Assembly (NCBI GenBank): GCA_965153455.1
Contig: OZ234493.1
Span: 35,454,213 to 35,518,212 of the forward strand
Source of the DNA: Sphagnum compactum
Lineage: Eukaryota
Reading direction: 5' to 3'
DNA: 64,000 nt
Made by a program: the position numbers and the translations under genes. The notes beneath the pieces were generated by a model. It had not been told where the DNA came from and did no database searches. It saw only the letters and a list, made by a program, of their open reading frames with translations. Shown one piece after another: positions 49,303 to 63,895 of this stretch. The first letter of the stretch is position 1, and the number at the start of each line of letters is the position of its first letter.

Positions 49303-50913
49303 CATTCGTCCTCCTCCTGTTCCATCATCTTTTTCTTCCGGGATGAGGAACTTGGATGGACGGATGACGGGACGGATGGATGGAAAGGACGACCACCCAA
49401 GGATGTTATATAAGTAGATAACATGAGCACTTTGCAAAACATAAAATCCTGCCCTGAAATGCAAGATGCCCTCCCTTTTTAGAGTGTAGCATTCCCTTTT
49501 CCTAAGTTGGTGTCAAAATACACCAGGGAAAATGCTGACCAGTTCCACATTGGGTTCTGCTAATCCTATTTGTGATGTGCATCAAGGGCATGGAATACTA
49601 AAGCAATGTGAATCAACAGTGGGAACTCCACTCGGAGGCTGTTAAGTCAGCAATGGGTCTGCATCTTTTTTCCCTGACTGCCCAATTGCCCAATCAAGAG
49701 GTGTCTGGTGATGACCGGACACATCTTGGTGCTGCCCAGACACAAGTTTTGTGTTTTATTATACATGCTTTGGTTGTATATTTTGGACATTAGCAGGTAT
49801 ATCATGCCTCTTAGTGTCTATTACATGTGCAAAGCATGCATAAATGGACCCACATTTTGTGTATGGGGATTATTCATCTTTTTCTCAAGAAGATGAATTG
49901 GGCCAAAGGCAAACAAAGAAAAAAAAGAAGCAGACAGTACTGACTGCAATAAGGATCCATTGCTGATTTAACATTCTCCAACTCCAGTTATGTTCAGGAA
50001 TAGCCATGGTGAAACCCATTGCCACCTGACGGAATGAAGTCTCAGGCTCATTCCTAGTAAGAGCGGGTGCAGTATGTTCATAGTAAGGGTAATTTAGAAT
50101 TAGATGTACGATCTTGTGTGTGGTGTGAACCCAAGCTTAGCCACACCCACTTAGTCAGCACATGCATGTTATTCATTTCCATCAGTGCCTATCCTGTGGA
50201 TGGGTTCAGAATCCAGCTCAATTTTGGGCTGCAAATGGGGCTCACTCTCTCAAATAGGAATGTCTAAAGTCTATTTTGAATGGCCTCAGATTACCTCCAA
50301 CCACACAGTGCTAGAAAGTTGAAAAGTAAAATTACATAATTTTTAAGAAGCTTTTTTGAGTATTTGGTTGACATAAAACTTGTGTTAGGCATTGATTTAT
50401 AACAGGTCTGTTATAGATATCTATCTTCCCATTTTGGTCACTATCTCTCTCGAGTGTCTGATCTTCACCAGTCGATCATGTCATTTCATGTGGTCAAGAA
50501 AAGGACATAATCTGCCGCCCCAGGCCTTAATGTATGTCAGGGGTTCACGACACAGTTTCCAACATCAACACACATATCAGTCAAAACACATAGACGTCAT
50601 GCAACAAATCTCTAGGAAGGACATTAAGGAGACGATGAACTCTAAGAACACAAGAGGCTGAAACTAAATTGCTTGAAAAAGGAACATGCATGAAAAGGGA
50701 GGATGTTAAATACCCATTAAAGAGCACTGTCCGGGCACCAGTGCGTGGAGTGGCATTGCTCTGCCACAAAGGTTTGATCCATTGAACCCTATTTAGTAAG
50801 TTAAAGAGAAAACAACACTGTTTTCCTTTAGTGTTGAAAGTATGCTGATGCCAAATATCTTCACCTTCATGTCGGAAGAAGTGTTGGATTTAAAAATTGG
50901 TGTGAGACAGTAT

Positions 50914-51518
50914 AGGGTAAACTGGCCGGTGATTGAACACTTAAGCTCTCAAGGCAGGCCAGACCCAAGGGGAGGGCTAAGTTGTTTCTGATTTCCAAAC
51001 AAAACTTGAACCCCTCCAATTAGCGCATCTGGCACACTAAATGAAATAGAATCGAGAAAGTTACAGCCCCCAAAAGTAGAGGGGATTAAGAACTCAGAAA
51101 AACAAACCATCGAATGTTACAAAGGCTGATTCCCAAACACCCAAAACATTCTTTAAAAGATTCCTTGTGTGTTGCTTTGTTGCTATTAGAGTTCAAAGAT
51201 GATTTGTAGAAATTCAGGTGACACTCCTATAGCGCTTTACTAAATCGTTTAAATTGAATAAGAAATAAGAAAGTTATGAGGTTTGAAAATAAGAGCGGTC
51301 AAAATAAAGAAAATTTTTCAAAACGCATGTTACAATTTGAAAAAATGTATTTTCTTTACAGCTCCTTTTTGGCCGGTCCCTTGGCTTTGCATTTCAGAAA
51401 CGATTTGTAGAGCTTGAGAAGATGCTCCTATAAAATTTTAAATCATTCAAAATGGAGAAGAATTGAGAAACATTTGTCTAAGTGTTCGAGCATAAGCAGG
51501 CTTGAGCCAGTTTACCCT
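50914..51518. mobile_element. MITE-like element with a 13-bp perfect TIR
   Basis: agggtaaactggc (50914-50926) and gccagtttaccct (51506-51518). A second inverted pair, gaacactta and taagtgttc, lies just inside. The interior is AT-rich and non-coding. Confidence 0.8.
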
Positions 51519-54500
51519 TAGTACATGCATAATACAGATCAAGAATAATATTTGTTTAGGTTCTACTGGCAGAACAAGCAGCACCGCATAGAGCACAAAA
51601 AGGACACAAAAGACAGGCCCAAGTGAGCTTGTATGCTCCTGCACGGAATTCATTAGGGGGGTATTGAGCATATCACCCTGAAAAGTGCCTAAAACCTAGT
51701 CCAGTGAAGTTATTTTTGACTCACAATTGGCAGGTTCATTGAGTAATTCGGTGGTCTTGGATAGCAAAATTAGGTCTTTAACATCTAACGAGGCAGATTT
51801 TCTTGAAGACCATCGTTGGTCTTTTCATTTCCTCTCCCATTCATTCTTTGTTGTTGTTATTTAAGGGTAATTAAGTCTGGCAAGCCAACATAAAGAAAAT
51901 GGCTAGAGCATTTTACTCTCTCATAATGAGTTCATGCGTTCATTATATATCCGCGAGTTCCATTGTCCTCCTTGTTGTGGGGCAATGGTACATAAATGAA
52001 GATTACAATGTCTGAAGGACAGATAAACTCAATTATGATGAACACACATGAAATTGCGTGTTTCAGGACGACTGGGTCTTTAAGAATGAGCACAAAACAA
52101 GAACTACTTACTTGAATTTGAACGTGCCTGCCTGCCTGATGAGCACTGCCAAAACAAAAGTTTGTCTCATCACTTAAATACCCAAATTCCTGTGGAAAGA
52201 AAACTAACTTGTCTGCAGCACTCTCTAAGTCGATGGACACTTTCTTTTGGCATAAATAACCATTTAGGTATAACCCTACCATGGGGCCCTACCATGCTAG
52301 TAGTATATATATATTTGAACTTTATACCTTTACCTGAAAAAGGGTAATTGTTTTGAGGTGCTTTATAAGAACGTATGTGCCAAAATGAATATATGTTGCA
52401 TTAGTCGCAATGACAATGGTTATGATGGATTGGTTCAAATTTATGATGAGTAAATGATAAATATTGTTTGTTTTTGGCATTTTATTTTTGTTCATTAAAC
52501 TAATTTAACTTGGATAAGACTCATATTGTATTCTCTTGGAACCCCTTTAGACTCTTCTACCATTTGGCTTTCTAAGAAAGGCTTCAAACCTTATATACTT
52601 TTACTCACTTAATTTTTTTCTCTTGACATTTCACATTTATCTTATATTTGAAAATCAATAAAAATATCCGTGTAAAGTCATCCTGAGTATTGCACGGTGT
52701 TTGTTTGGCACCGTATTTCGTTTTTCATCCTGAGTCCAATGCATTTGTAAAGTGACCCTGAGTTACAAGATTTTTGAAAAACACAGGGTGAGTCAGGATT
52801 TCACTACTTTGACTGTCCAAAAGTTGGACTGTTCAATTTTTCGATAGTCAATTAATTGAGCATTGGGGGAGGTGGGGGCATTGGGGGTATTTCATGCATT
52901 CATAAGGCCAAGGGGGGGAGGAGGGGGCACGATTTTTTTTCAAAAAAAACATTGGGGTTGTTTGGGGGGTAGGAAGGGTTTGATTAGAAGCAACGTTTTT
53001 TACTACAAAATTTCGCCCAATGGCGACCCCAAGATTAACCCCTTGACCCTCTAAAAGAGATTCTTTATGAAAATTTTCAATAACTTCATCAAAAAAAATA
53101 GAGGAGAAAGGGGGAGTGCTCACATTTCAACTATCTTTTCCTTCAACACAATTCTAAAAAAATAATATTTCTGTGGCCAAACTTGGTGAAATCCTCCTAT
53201 AAATGGCAAAGAATGTGGTTACATTACAAAATAAAAACATTGATGTATTTTTTTCCTTTGTTCTAGCTTCCTCGGTGTTTTTGATTACGCCCTGAGTTTT
53301 TGCCAAGCGTAGGGTGAGAACCCTGAATTTTGACGACTTTACAAATAACTTTAATATCTTCATCCAACACTAGTAGAGACAATGCAATTGCATTTCAACT
53401 CATGAAACCATGTTCTAGGTTATTTGCATTAGGGCTTTAAATTGAAACCTCTTTGTTCTTCAAAAGGGTCTGACTCTTAATTTATGGGGAAAATTTTAAT
53501 AGTCTTTCAAGCCCAGAGGCCAATAATCCTTCAATTCAAAGAACATTTGGAAAAAAATAATCCTTGAAACACAAGTTACAAATGTATATGTCTAATATGA
53601 CCAATGTGGATGATGTGATAAGTCATTTTATCTCTGGCCACTTAACATCTTAGGCCACAATTAATAACATTAAGGCTTTAATTTGAAAGACAAGTGGTGA
53701 TACTTAACATCATGTTTTTCATAATAAGATCTTGGTTTGAATAATATAGGAGAACTTGAACCATCATGTTCTTAATAGTTATAAAACTTTCTAAAAACTA
53801 ATTATGGAAACCTTGGATTGTTTAATGTGTATATCACTTCTTGATCTTGATATACCAGTACTAGATTAGGATTTGGCATTTTCAAATGGAAAAGGATCCC
53901 GAAAAATAAAAATGATATATTGACAAGAATCCAAATAACTACATTTTAATACATCATACATGTTATTTTTGAATATTTACATGTAAATTCTACTTTTGAT
54001 TTCATTTATAATAACGAATTCTTGATCAAATCCTTGACTATGAAAAGGAAGGTTGACAATAGATTTTCACCATGAAAAGCAACCTTGACCTTCCCCATTA
54101 AACCTATTTCCCCCTAATCATATGGTCATTGTGCCATTGTTTTGCCCATTTCCAATGCATCGCATACCTTATTCCTTCGAAGCTCCTCACAACATAAAAA
54201 GATTCATATGGTTTGTAATTATAAAACAATGGTTTATCTCATATATAAAATTCCCATCAATTGGCTCAAAAAATTTGTGTATGCAATGGGTTGGTTGAAA
54301 TTTACAAAGCCTTATGTAATCTAACAAGCACTTTACAAAATCCTAAGACATAATATGCAATCTACTTTACCTTATGGTTAGTTTCATCAATGAATAATTT
54401 TAAAAAGCATAAAATGAATTTTTTTTTTAAATGTCCATGTGAAGGTGATGAAAAAATAAATTATTTCATCTCTCTAATGATGAAATTTGTGAACACAAAA

Positions 54501-56114
54501 TATAGGCATTTGTACAAGCAACCACCCTCTCCAAGCAATCCACTCAACACCTTTTGTCTTTCTTATGAATGAAATTGATTGCCTCGGTGATTATTTTGAT
54601 GTCATCCTTCGTTCTCTAGATGCATCAACATTGTGATAAGTGTTTGTTTTTTTTGTTTGATGAATAACTTGGATGGCCTATGTGTGTTTAATGAGGAATA
54701 GATGGGACATCCCTAGATTACAAAAGCATGAACTAATAAACATGGATGTACAACATTTGACCATGCATTCAATGCCAACATCCCTTACATACATCCAATA
54801 TTTTTGTATGTATGTCCAATATATGACAAATTTCAAGAAAATTCAAAGTTTGCATGAATGAAAAGTTGAATAATTCCATTATGCAAAAACATTGAAAATG
54901 ATTTTATTTTTTTTAAAGTTTTTACATAACAAATCTAACTCTAGGCTATGGTATTTGTCCTCCCTAAGCTAATTAAATTTTATTGGTGTTTACATATATA
55001 GTCATGAAGATTTTCAACATATATAGAATTTTGAATACCTACACAAGGTTCAAATGATCGCATGACATGCACATCATCACTATTAACAAGCAAATTGGAA
55101 GACTAGTAATATAATATTGAATTTCCACTAAATTTTACTTAATTTCAAGGTCAAATCAAATTATCCATAATAGATTAAAAAAAGTTTTAAGTAAATGGGA
55201 ATCACTTTTTTAAAGATGGTTGCCACCTCTTGTACATGATTAGGTAGGAATAACTTTCATAGTTGTAATAATTGTCAGTTTTGACATTGAAGTTGCCACT
55301 TCTCCAAAAAGTTAAAGATTGCATTCATGAAAGTTTGAAGACATGTTTTATATTTGAATATTCAATAGCCTTCTACAATTTTGTAACTTGATATTTAATA
55401 GACATATAATCCAAGAGTGTTACCAATCTACAACCCCATACTTATTAGACCATGGACATGTAAATGAATGATGTTGCCACCTTGTAACTTATAAGTTTTA
55501 TAGATCTATCATTTGTCATTGTTGATTTTTAATTCATAATAAATATTCCAGAAAATGCATAATAAGATTTTTTGGATGAAAAACCTTATGGAAACTTCCT
55601 AGCACCCCGAACACACATAAGCTAGATCCTTCAAATAGTTATTCACTTACACCCATTTCATATAGTTTGTCAACCATGGATGTCAAAGGGGGAAGGACTA
55701 TTATTTTTAACAAGCCAACATCGATAGGTTTTATTATGCACTAAATTGCCTTATTCAAATGGGGATAGTTGAAGATTTTTGAAATTGTATTTACATTGAA
55801 TCGATTTTTAAAAGTAAGTTACCTCATTTCATATGGAATTAATTTCAAGTTTGGGATACTAAAGTTAGGTTCTACATGGGGTGGTGATTAAATTTTGTCT
55901 TGGCAAATTGTTGTTGAGCTTGTCACTTGCATTGTGAGTCTTGAACTTGGTTTTGAACTTGTTGTGGGGTGGTTGTGTTTTCAATTCATGTGAAGTGTTT
56001 ATATATGAAAAAATGCCAACAATGGAGCAACAACCACAAAACAACTAATTTTGTGGCAATTCCTATGAGAGGGTAGGCATTTGGGTCCTACTTTTCCTTT
56101 TATTTTAGTCCAAG

Positions 56115-56710
56115 TGTTAGGGGAACAAGTAGGCAACATAAGGATGAAACAGGTAAGCATAATGGGATTAGAAGTAGGCTAATAATGGATAAGTAGGCAA
56201 TTTGACAATTGGTAAAAATGGGACAAGAGGTAATTTCTGAATTTTTATTGTTCCAAAGGGGGTTTTGGAAGGAAATGGGGAAAAATGTCCCCTCTTCCTT
56301 TTTTTGATTGTGTACCACTTTTCTTTGCAAGTTTGGAGGTTTTGGTAGTACAAAAATTTGTGTGGCAAAACAAGTAAAAATTGAAGAGAAATAAACTACA
56401 AGGAATTAAGGTTTGCATAACATGACTCAATCAATATCTATAAGCAGAAAACCTATCAGGACTAGTGGTGAAATTTTTTGTTGTATAAATGCAAAAATCA
56501 ATAATTTATTCATCATTTTGATACATGTTTTGTATGTGTTTTTGTATAGATTTCTAGGATTTTGTATAGGTATTGTTGCAATAATTTATGAAATAGGGTT
56601 AGGATTTGGATTTTAAATGATAAGTTTTATAAGGAATTCACTTTATAATTGGTTAAGCAAATGGGTTTAGGAATACATTATATGTAATATATCAAAAATG
56701 GTAACCAGAA
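56115..56710 (+). mobile_element. Possible 5' LTR and degenerate tRNA-Met primer-binding site of the second Gypsy copy
   Basis: Starts TGTTAG (56115), has CA at 56693-56694, then TGGTAACCAGA (56699), which resembles the TGGTATCAGA PBS. It lies upstream of the gag remnant. No partner LTR is available to confirm it. Confidence 0.3.
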
Positions 56711-58379
56711 ATTTGCAATGACAATTGGAACAAGCAAGTGAACAAGATGCGCAAGGTGTAAAAGTGATGTAAATGGAGAATAATAGCTAACAAAAAAGTT
56801 ACAAACACTCCTAGAAGTGTGCATCAAAGTATTCATGTCATACCAAGACTTGAAACAAAACCTGTAAAATATTGGGGATCTTTTGTAACAAATAATTAGC
56901 AATGTGAAATCCAATTAGTGGGTGGCAAACTAATGCAACATTACTCATAGAATGTTCCTACAAAGACAAAAAATGATATGATGAAAATGCAATAGGCAAG
57001 GGAAAAACATGTTAAAGTTACGTTTCAGCAATTTGACTCTCCACAACAATAGAATGTGATCAAATGGTTGCAAACTCAACTAGGACAAACACCAAGATTA
57101 ATAATAAGGGTATTTATTGGTTTGGAAGACTTACCAAAACATGAAAAAGAAAGGAGAATGATTGTTCCTTCTCAACTAGTTGGTAGTTTGGAATATTTTC
57201 AAGGAAAACCACATGTTTAATGGTACTTAGTGAATGAAGGCAAATTGGATGATGTAGAGATGGTAGTAGGGATGTTCAAGAAGCATGTTCTTAACAATAA
57301 AACATGTCCAAAAAATCAACCGATGCAAATTGTGCAACAACGATTAGTTGGATTAAAGTAAATGATATTTCACTAATATAATTACAACAAGGAAAACTAA
57401 CTCTAGTACTAAAAGTGTTAGTTACTTCTCATGTTGTTTTTCATGATACTTAACTTCTATAACGAACTCTGAAAATGATTTCTATAAACACATTCCTAAG
57501 AAGGTTCCAACCAACATCTATTTCAAAATTAGTTACAACACCTAACCAAGAATAATCTATCTTTTGCAAGCTAAAGGGACATCTTTTATGGACTTGCTCA
57601 TTCATATAGGATGATTTTTAATAGATGATAGTGAACAACCTAATGGAACAATTTACTAGTCATGCGGTCATGCATGATGAACCATTAGTAACAAGAATAT
57701 CAGAATAGGTACTTGCAAGGTGGGCATTCAACCAATTTTTCAATTTGAAGAGGTGTTATTCCAACCACAATTACACCACAGGTGGGTGGTGAACCAATTT
57801 TTTTTTTCACGATAACCAATGAATTTAAAAGTGGTATTTTCACAACCTAATGCACAAGCAACCCAATTAATACATGCTAAATCTTCATACATAATATGGA
57901 ATATTCAAACCAACAAAATAAGGAGGTAAAGAGTTATAGATGGAAATTTTGGGATACTAGTAAAGCCAATTCCATTATCAATAGAACAAGTATTTAGTTA
58001 AGAACTAATGATGATGATTGCCAAGGATGGACACATGCAAATGTTCAATCCTGATCTAGGTTATGTTGTAGGGATATTAAATCTGGGCAATGATTTTGGA
58101 TGTTCACATAGAATTGTTTAGTGTACCACATGGATATGTACCACATAATTAAGTATGATGTTTATACCTATTTAAAATGGGGTTGTTCTTACTATAATAA
58201 CCAATACACCAAGAACAAGACTTGGTTATACCCTAACCAATAATGGTATACCAATTACACAAGTACTTTCATAACAAGTAGTACTTGAGCCTAGGGGGAG
58301 TACTATTCCAATGCTTGCATGGACAGTACAAGTGACATGGAATGTTACACCGACAAAGGTTAAAAGGTAACATGTTAAG

Positions 58380-60190
58380 AAGCAACTTCCTTATCCACCA
58401 TCTCAAGGATACAAATCATGATTTTCATGTATGAATGTTCAAAATAGCAATATGGGCAAATGGTGAAATGAAAAATGAATACAGAATAACCTATCCATAT
58501 ACACTTTACATGATACAATCTCAAAATGGAATCAGAATTATCTTACAGACGTTCCAACTACATTTCTGCAAAATTGGAATAGGCATTTTGTAAATGATTT
58601 AGGTCCATGAAGAATGATGAACATGTATACATGCAGTTGAAGACATTCAAATAAGATCACATGAAGAGAATGGAGGTGTATTACAAGAGTTTAATGAAAT
58701 TGGCCAATAGTCTGCAAACAAATACAAATAATAGTTCTTTAACTACAATGCTAATTAGGTTTTGACTTCAACCATACCTAAGGATTACTACAATGGGTAC
58801 ACAAAAAGCTACCTTATTGCAACAAAAAGAAGTTGCGATGACATGTGAGGATGGCATCATTGAGGTGGAAGGATATAACCAATTGAGTATTCCAAAACCA
58901 ATGTCTACCATTATGACCACATCAACAATAAGTGATACTAAGACCAACCTATTTTGTACAAAATGTAATTGTACAAACCACATAGTGGAAACCTACCACA
59001 ATAAGAAAAAGGAGGAAGTAGTTATTATTATTATTGAAATAATGGTTCAAAATAACAAAAATGCAAAACCCATGAGATTTCCTTATCACGCATGTGGTCT
59101 GGTGGGGCATAGGATGGTGGAGTGTCCATGCTTTGCTAAAATGCAAAATATTTTTAAAGATAAGAATGTTAAACCAATAAAAACTTCAACTACATTAGAA
59201 TAAAAACCATTAACTATTTCAATAAACATGGTTACAGTAACAACCAGAAATTAAAAGAATGAAGAACAATTATTCAAGGAGAGGGAACCACTAAATAACA
59301 AGATGACTACAAATTGGACAAAGGAAGAAAAGGTGAAGAAAACATTTGTGGAAACAATTCAACAACTATAACTAGCTACATCGAAAGGGGAAAAACATAC
59401 ATCTCCTATTTCCTAAAACATTACCTAGGTTGAATTGCATGATATGGAGGTACAAGTTGAAATACTTGTTACGTTGAACCATGTAAGGAAAGGAGTACAT
59501 TAGTGAAGACCATGGAGGAAATAAGATGTAAGTAAAGAGATGCCAAAAACTAAGTACACTTTTGACTTAAGGCAATTGTTCAAAATAACTTTTAATGTAA
59601 AACATTACCTATTGTAGAAGATGAAATTGGTTAAGATTACATGGATGTCAAAGCCACTTTTTAAAAATACAAGTACTAAATTTAATGGAACAACACTGGA
59701 AACAAGTTTGGTTACAATAACAATCAACAATCACATGGTGGTGATACATGTATCGATGGGTAAAAACACCATTGAAAATGTTCTATTGGATGGTGGATTA
59801 GGAGTTAACTTCATTACCAAAAAAATTTGCAATAAGTTAGGGTTACCAAAACCTAAACCTGCACTTTATAACCTAAAGATGGTTGATCAAACCATTATTA
59901 AACCAGTAGGTTTAATCCAAAACATGAAGATTTTGGTGTATGGGATACCATATGTAATAACCTCTATGGTATTACAAAATAGTGTAATGGATGCCAATTA
60001 CTTGATGTTGTTGGGTAAAATGTGGAACTTATGGGATGCCAAAGTTTCACACGATTATTGCAACAACTTGGTAACTATTCAAGGTAATGGTATAATCAAA
60101 ACAATTGTTATAACCAAACATTTGGGCAATGATACTAAATGACCAAAGGTGTTAGTGAGTTATGATTTCCAACATGGAATCACATATGGG
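58380..60190 (+). mobile_element. Second, truncated Ty3/Gypsy gag-protease remnant, related to the element at 11.7-13.6 kb
   Basis: FCTKCNCTNHIVETY and HACGLVGHRMVECP knuckles, then NHMVVIHVSMGKNTIENVLLDGGLGVNFIT...KPKPALYNLKMVDQT...YLMLLG...VTIQGNG. Collinear with the - strand copy and breaks off before RT. Confidence 0.88.
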
Positions 60191-62126
60191 TGCGAATATA
60201 ATTAAAGGAGCCAAAATCTATGTTAAATAGTGATGAAAATTGTGAACTTTTTTTACATATTTTTTTCCTCAACATTTTAAAGTTATGTTAATCATTCCAA
60301 GTTGTGCTAAATGATTAATATGAATGTTGAAGAATTCAAATAAAAAATTTATTGAATTAAATTTTGGCTTTTGGTTTTAGTAAAGGATGTTTGAATTTGA
60401 ATAAGTGTTGTGTCAAATTATGGTTAATTTACCAAGAATTAAGTAAGGACTATTTTAGTAAATTTATTTTGTTGGTAAGAAATTTTAAATGAGAATAACC
60501 TACTACTCACATTCAAAGCACTCACAATTTAAAAGATGTGGAATTTGAAATGTTTAGAAATTCAAAATATTTTTTAAAAATTTAAAATTTCAAAGGTTCT
60601 TTACCATATGTAAATGGGGTGTAATGTGCATGACATACAAAACAAAGTTGTAGTTTATGATATAAGAAACAAAAAACCTAAAGTAGTTAGCATATTTTGG
60701 TATGATTCAAAATTATGAAAGGTTTTCAAAATGAAAGGAAAATTTTGGAAAAATCTACACATTTTGAAAAATTCATATTTATTCAACATGATTAATACAA
60801 AATATGTGATATATTGAGGCAACTATATGCGTTTTTAATTATAAGTTGCAAAAGATTTCATTCAAAAATTCTTTCATGTGAAAAAATGAAAAAAAACTAA
60901 AATAGATTCATAGTCCTTTTGTGAAGTAATCTTGTTGGTTCCTTTAATTGTATCCACACCTATATGTTGAAGAGGATGCGATGTTCATAACAAAAATGAC
61001 ATTGTTCCCCACTTTTATTATTGTATTATTAAAAAAATTAAAAATATTACTTGAGTCATGGGTGGAACCAGATGTTATTCCATAATCAATTTGTTCAATG
61101 CTAAGCACCAATGCAACATGTATTCTAGAGTTGGCAAGAACTTACTCGTGGTTCTAATCACACAAACACATGTGCCATACAAACACAAAGTGAAAATGAA
61201 CTATAGACTTTACAAAACAAAATGAAACAAAATTAAAATTAAAGCACACATCATTAACAAAACCCAAAAAAAATAATCACCCCAATACGCATCCTTGTAA
61301 AACATAATTATGCATGAATGTTTGTGTGGTTGCAATCACAAAAGCAAGAAATTTGCAAACAACACAAACACAGCGCAACTACGATGTGAACGTGTGAGTG
61401 ATGAGTAGGTGAGTTGAACTTTTATGAGCATAAATTAGAAACAATAACACAATCTACACAAAAAAAATCCATGGAGTAGAAAAAAATCAATGATGTAAGA
61501 ACATTCACAAGGCACATGTAGTTATAATGCAAAACAAAAAGCGATGCAAAGCTAAAATGAAAAACTCAAATGACCTTAGTGCATTATAAACTTGCAATGA
61601 AGCAATGCCAACATAAACCTTTTAAAATGTGAAAAAAGAGCGCACACAATAAAAAGAAATAGAGACAACACAATGAGAGAAATGCAAAACAAAGAGACAA
61701 TGAAAATGACAAAAAAAAGAAACGATTTGAATTTGTTTTCATCGAAACCTGGCGAATTGGGGCCATTGTTTTTTTTTCATGAAAAATCCGTAGTATAGGT
61801 CGACATCATATTTTTCAGGTCGAAACTTAGCGTAATTTCGGCCCCCAAAAAAAAACACTGCTCTAAACAGATGGTTATGTCTGGTAACCTGCGTCCTCTC
61901 GAATTTAACTTACCCCAAATGGTACACACTACGTGTGCGAATTCAAATTGAGTAATGTTACATTCGGAGTTTAAACATTGGAAGTTCGAAGCCCACCGTC
62001 TGCATTTTTGCGGGAGTGGGGCTGCGTGGACCGCACTAGGGTTCGGTGCTGGTGATGGTGGTGCGGTTCTGAGTGTGGGGGGCGAGAGAGAGGAGGAGCG
62101 AGTAGCAGGTGCGTTTGGTGGCGGCG

Positions 62127-63895
62127 ATGACGATGTCGCCAGAAACAACAACAGCTTTAGATCTTGAGGGCGGGAGCAGCGACGAAATGGCGGAGGAGGT
62201 CACCGCCAGTTCTGTGCTGCTGAACGGCAGCACTGGCCTTGTGGAAGTGAGCACAAGCGAAGCAGATCAGACCAGCTCTACTTCGCCGTCTTTCCGTCAT
62301 CACAACAGCCTCTTGGACATAGGTTTTCAATCCCCTCTGCCGAGTGTCGAGCGAGGAGGAGGGGGAGGATCGAAGTCTGCCTCGGAAATGCCTGAGATCA
62401 GCGTGGGGTACTCTCCCCAGCTCTCTGCAGTAGGCGGGGACGACGATTTTCCTCCAGAGTTGGCGGATTTCTCTGTAGGCTTGTCCGGTGGTATGGTTGC
62501 TGGTGTGAGCCATATCAAGTCGGCAGAGAAAACCAGACGGTTTCCCGTGCCATTATCGGAGGGGGATGTTGTGGGGACAATAGATATGCTGCCCACTGCC
62601 GTCTCACAAGAAAAGAACGGGGTGAAGGAAAGTTTGTCATTTGAGGCTGATAGCCATAAGGAAGAGAAGCATGCCGGTGAGCATGAGAGTGATGGGCATG
62701 TACGAGGGAGCCCCAGCGATAGCGAAGGAGAAGAAGACTGCGAGCAAGCCTCAAGCTCGGAGGCGGCGCATCTTTCTTCGGCGGCGATTGCGCGGACGAA
62801 CCTCTCCGCCAGTGACGAACCCTTGCAAGACATTCTCGAGTCGAAGATTGCGGAACTGGAGGTCGCCTGTACAGGACCCTCCAAAGTCGACGAAGAGGAG
62901 GCCAAGATTGGTACGTGGATGTCATATAACTGCTCTTTAGTCTTTTCTGTAACAAGTTCTGGCCCTAAGTTAAGTTTAGAGAGATGGAGAGTACATGACC
63001 TGTTAGGGCAAGTTCTCCGACAGTTCCGGGTAGAAGCACACAGAAAGTCTGTGCATTTAGGAAGACAGCTTATCTACTGCTGGCAGAAGTTGCTGAAACA
63101 GGAGACATTGTTCTTACAGCCGCAGGGCTTGAGGATCGGTTTCTCTTTCAACCTTCTACAGTGGAATTGGCATAGTAGTGAGAGAACAATGAACATGATG
63201 TGGAGCTTGCAGCAGGTGGAAGTATCATCATTTCAGGGGCCCAATCCGCTTGTACTGCATTTTGTGTGTGGTTGTCCAATTCTCCACAAGTTCCAATTAT
63301 GATGACTCAAAACACTAGAGTTCTGGGAGACCAGCATGAGTCTGTGATGGTATGAAGAAAGAAAGAGGTTTCAGAAGACACAGAGAAGCTTTATGAAGGC
63401 TGGGTTGTCTTGATAGCACAGAGTTGTGATAGGAATTATGGTTGATGTGAATTTAGACTGACATTATTGTGTGGACTGAATGGGGAGAGCAGCCAAGGCA
63501 CAGAAACGCCAAGTAAAGGAGGTGAGGACAATGCTGGATCGGCCAGACCGGAGTGCTGATGATAAACTGCGGCTGTTGAATACAAAGTATCTGCAGCAGG
63601 TGTATACAGCACCATCTACTGTGCAGAGAGTCACTCATATGGTTCTGAAGTCTCATATTTGCTGTTCACTGCATAGAACTGTACACCAAGGAAGTAGGGA
63701 GACTTAATTGGGTTCTTAAATTTTTTGGCTTGTCATACACTGGTTCTGGCAGCAAGTCCTCCACAGATGGATTTGAAGACAATAACATGGATCTGTTGTG
63801 GATCAAAATTCAGGTGGGAGAAACAAGGCAGCTGGAAAAGGAGTTACTGGCTTTACGGCGGAAGTGTGAGCAGGTCAACAAAGAAAAAGATACCA
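62127..63895 (+). CDS. Probable taxilin-family coiled-coil protein, 5' part; exons 62127-62910, ~63493-63599, 63814-63895; continues beyond the window
   Basis: GC-rich first exon with a long acidic, Ser-rich N-terminus. The spliced frame reads LQDILESKIAELE...EEEAKI|AKAQKRQVKEVRTML...DKLRLLNTKYLQQ|VGETRQLEKELLALRRKCEQVNKEKDT, with phase-consistent GT-AG introns, and resembles the start of the taxilin coiled coil. The start could instead be ATG 62187, and the exon-2 acceptor is uncertain by 3 nt. Confidence 0.7.

Noticed and set aside
62911-63302. C-terminal part of the 397-aa ORF
   Set aside because: Read-through past a good donor (G|GTACGT at 62911). Composition shifts there and the coiled-coil frame continues in later exons.
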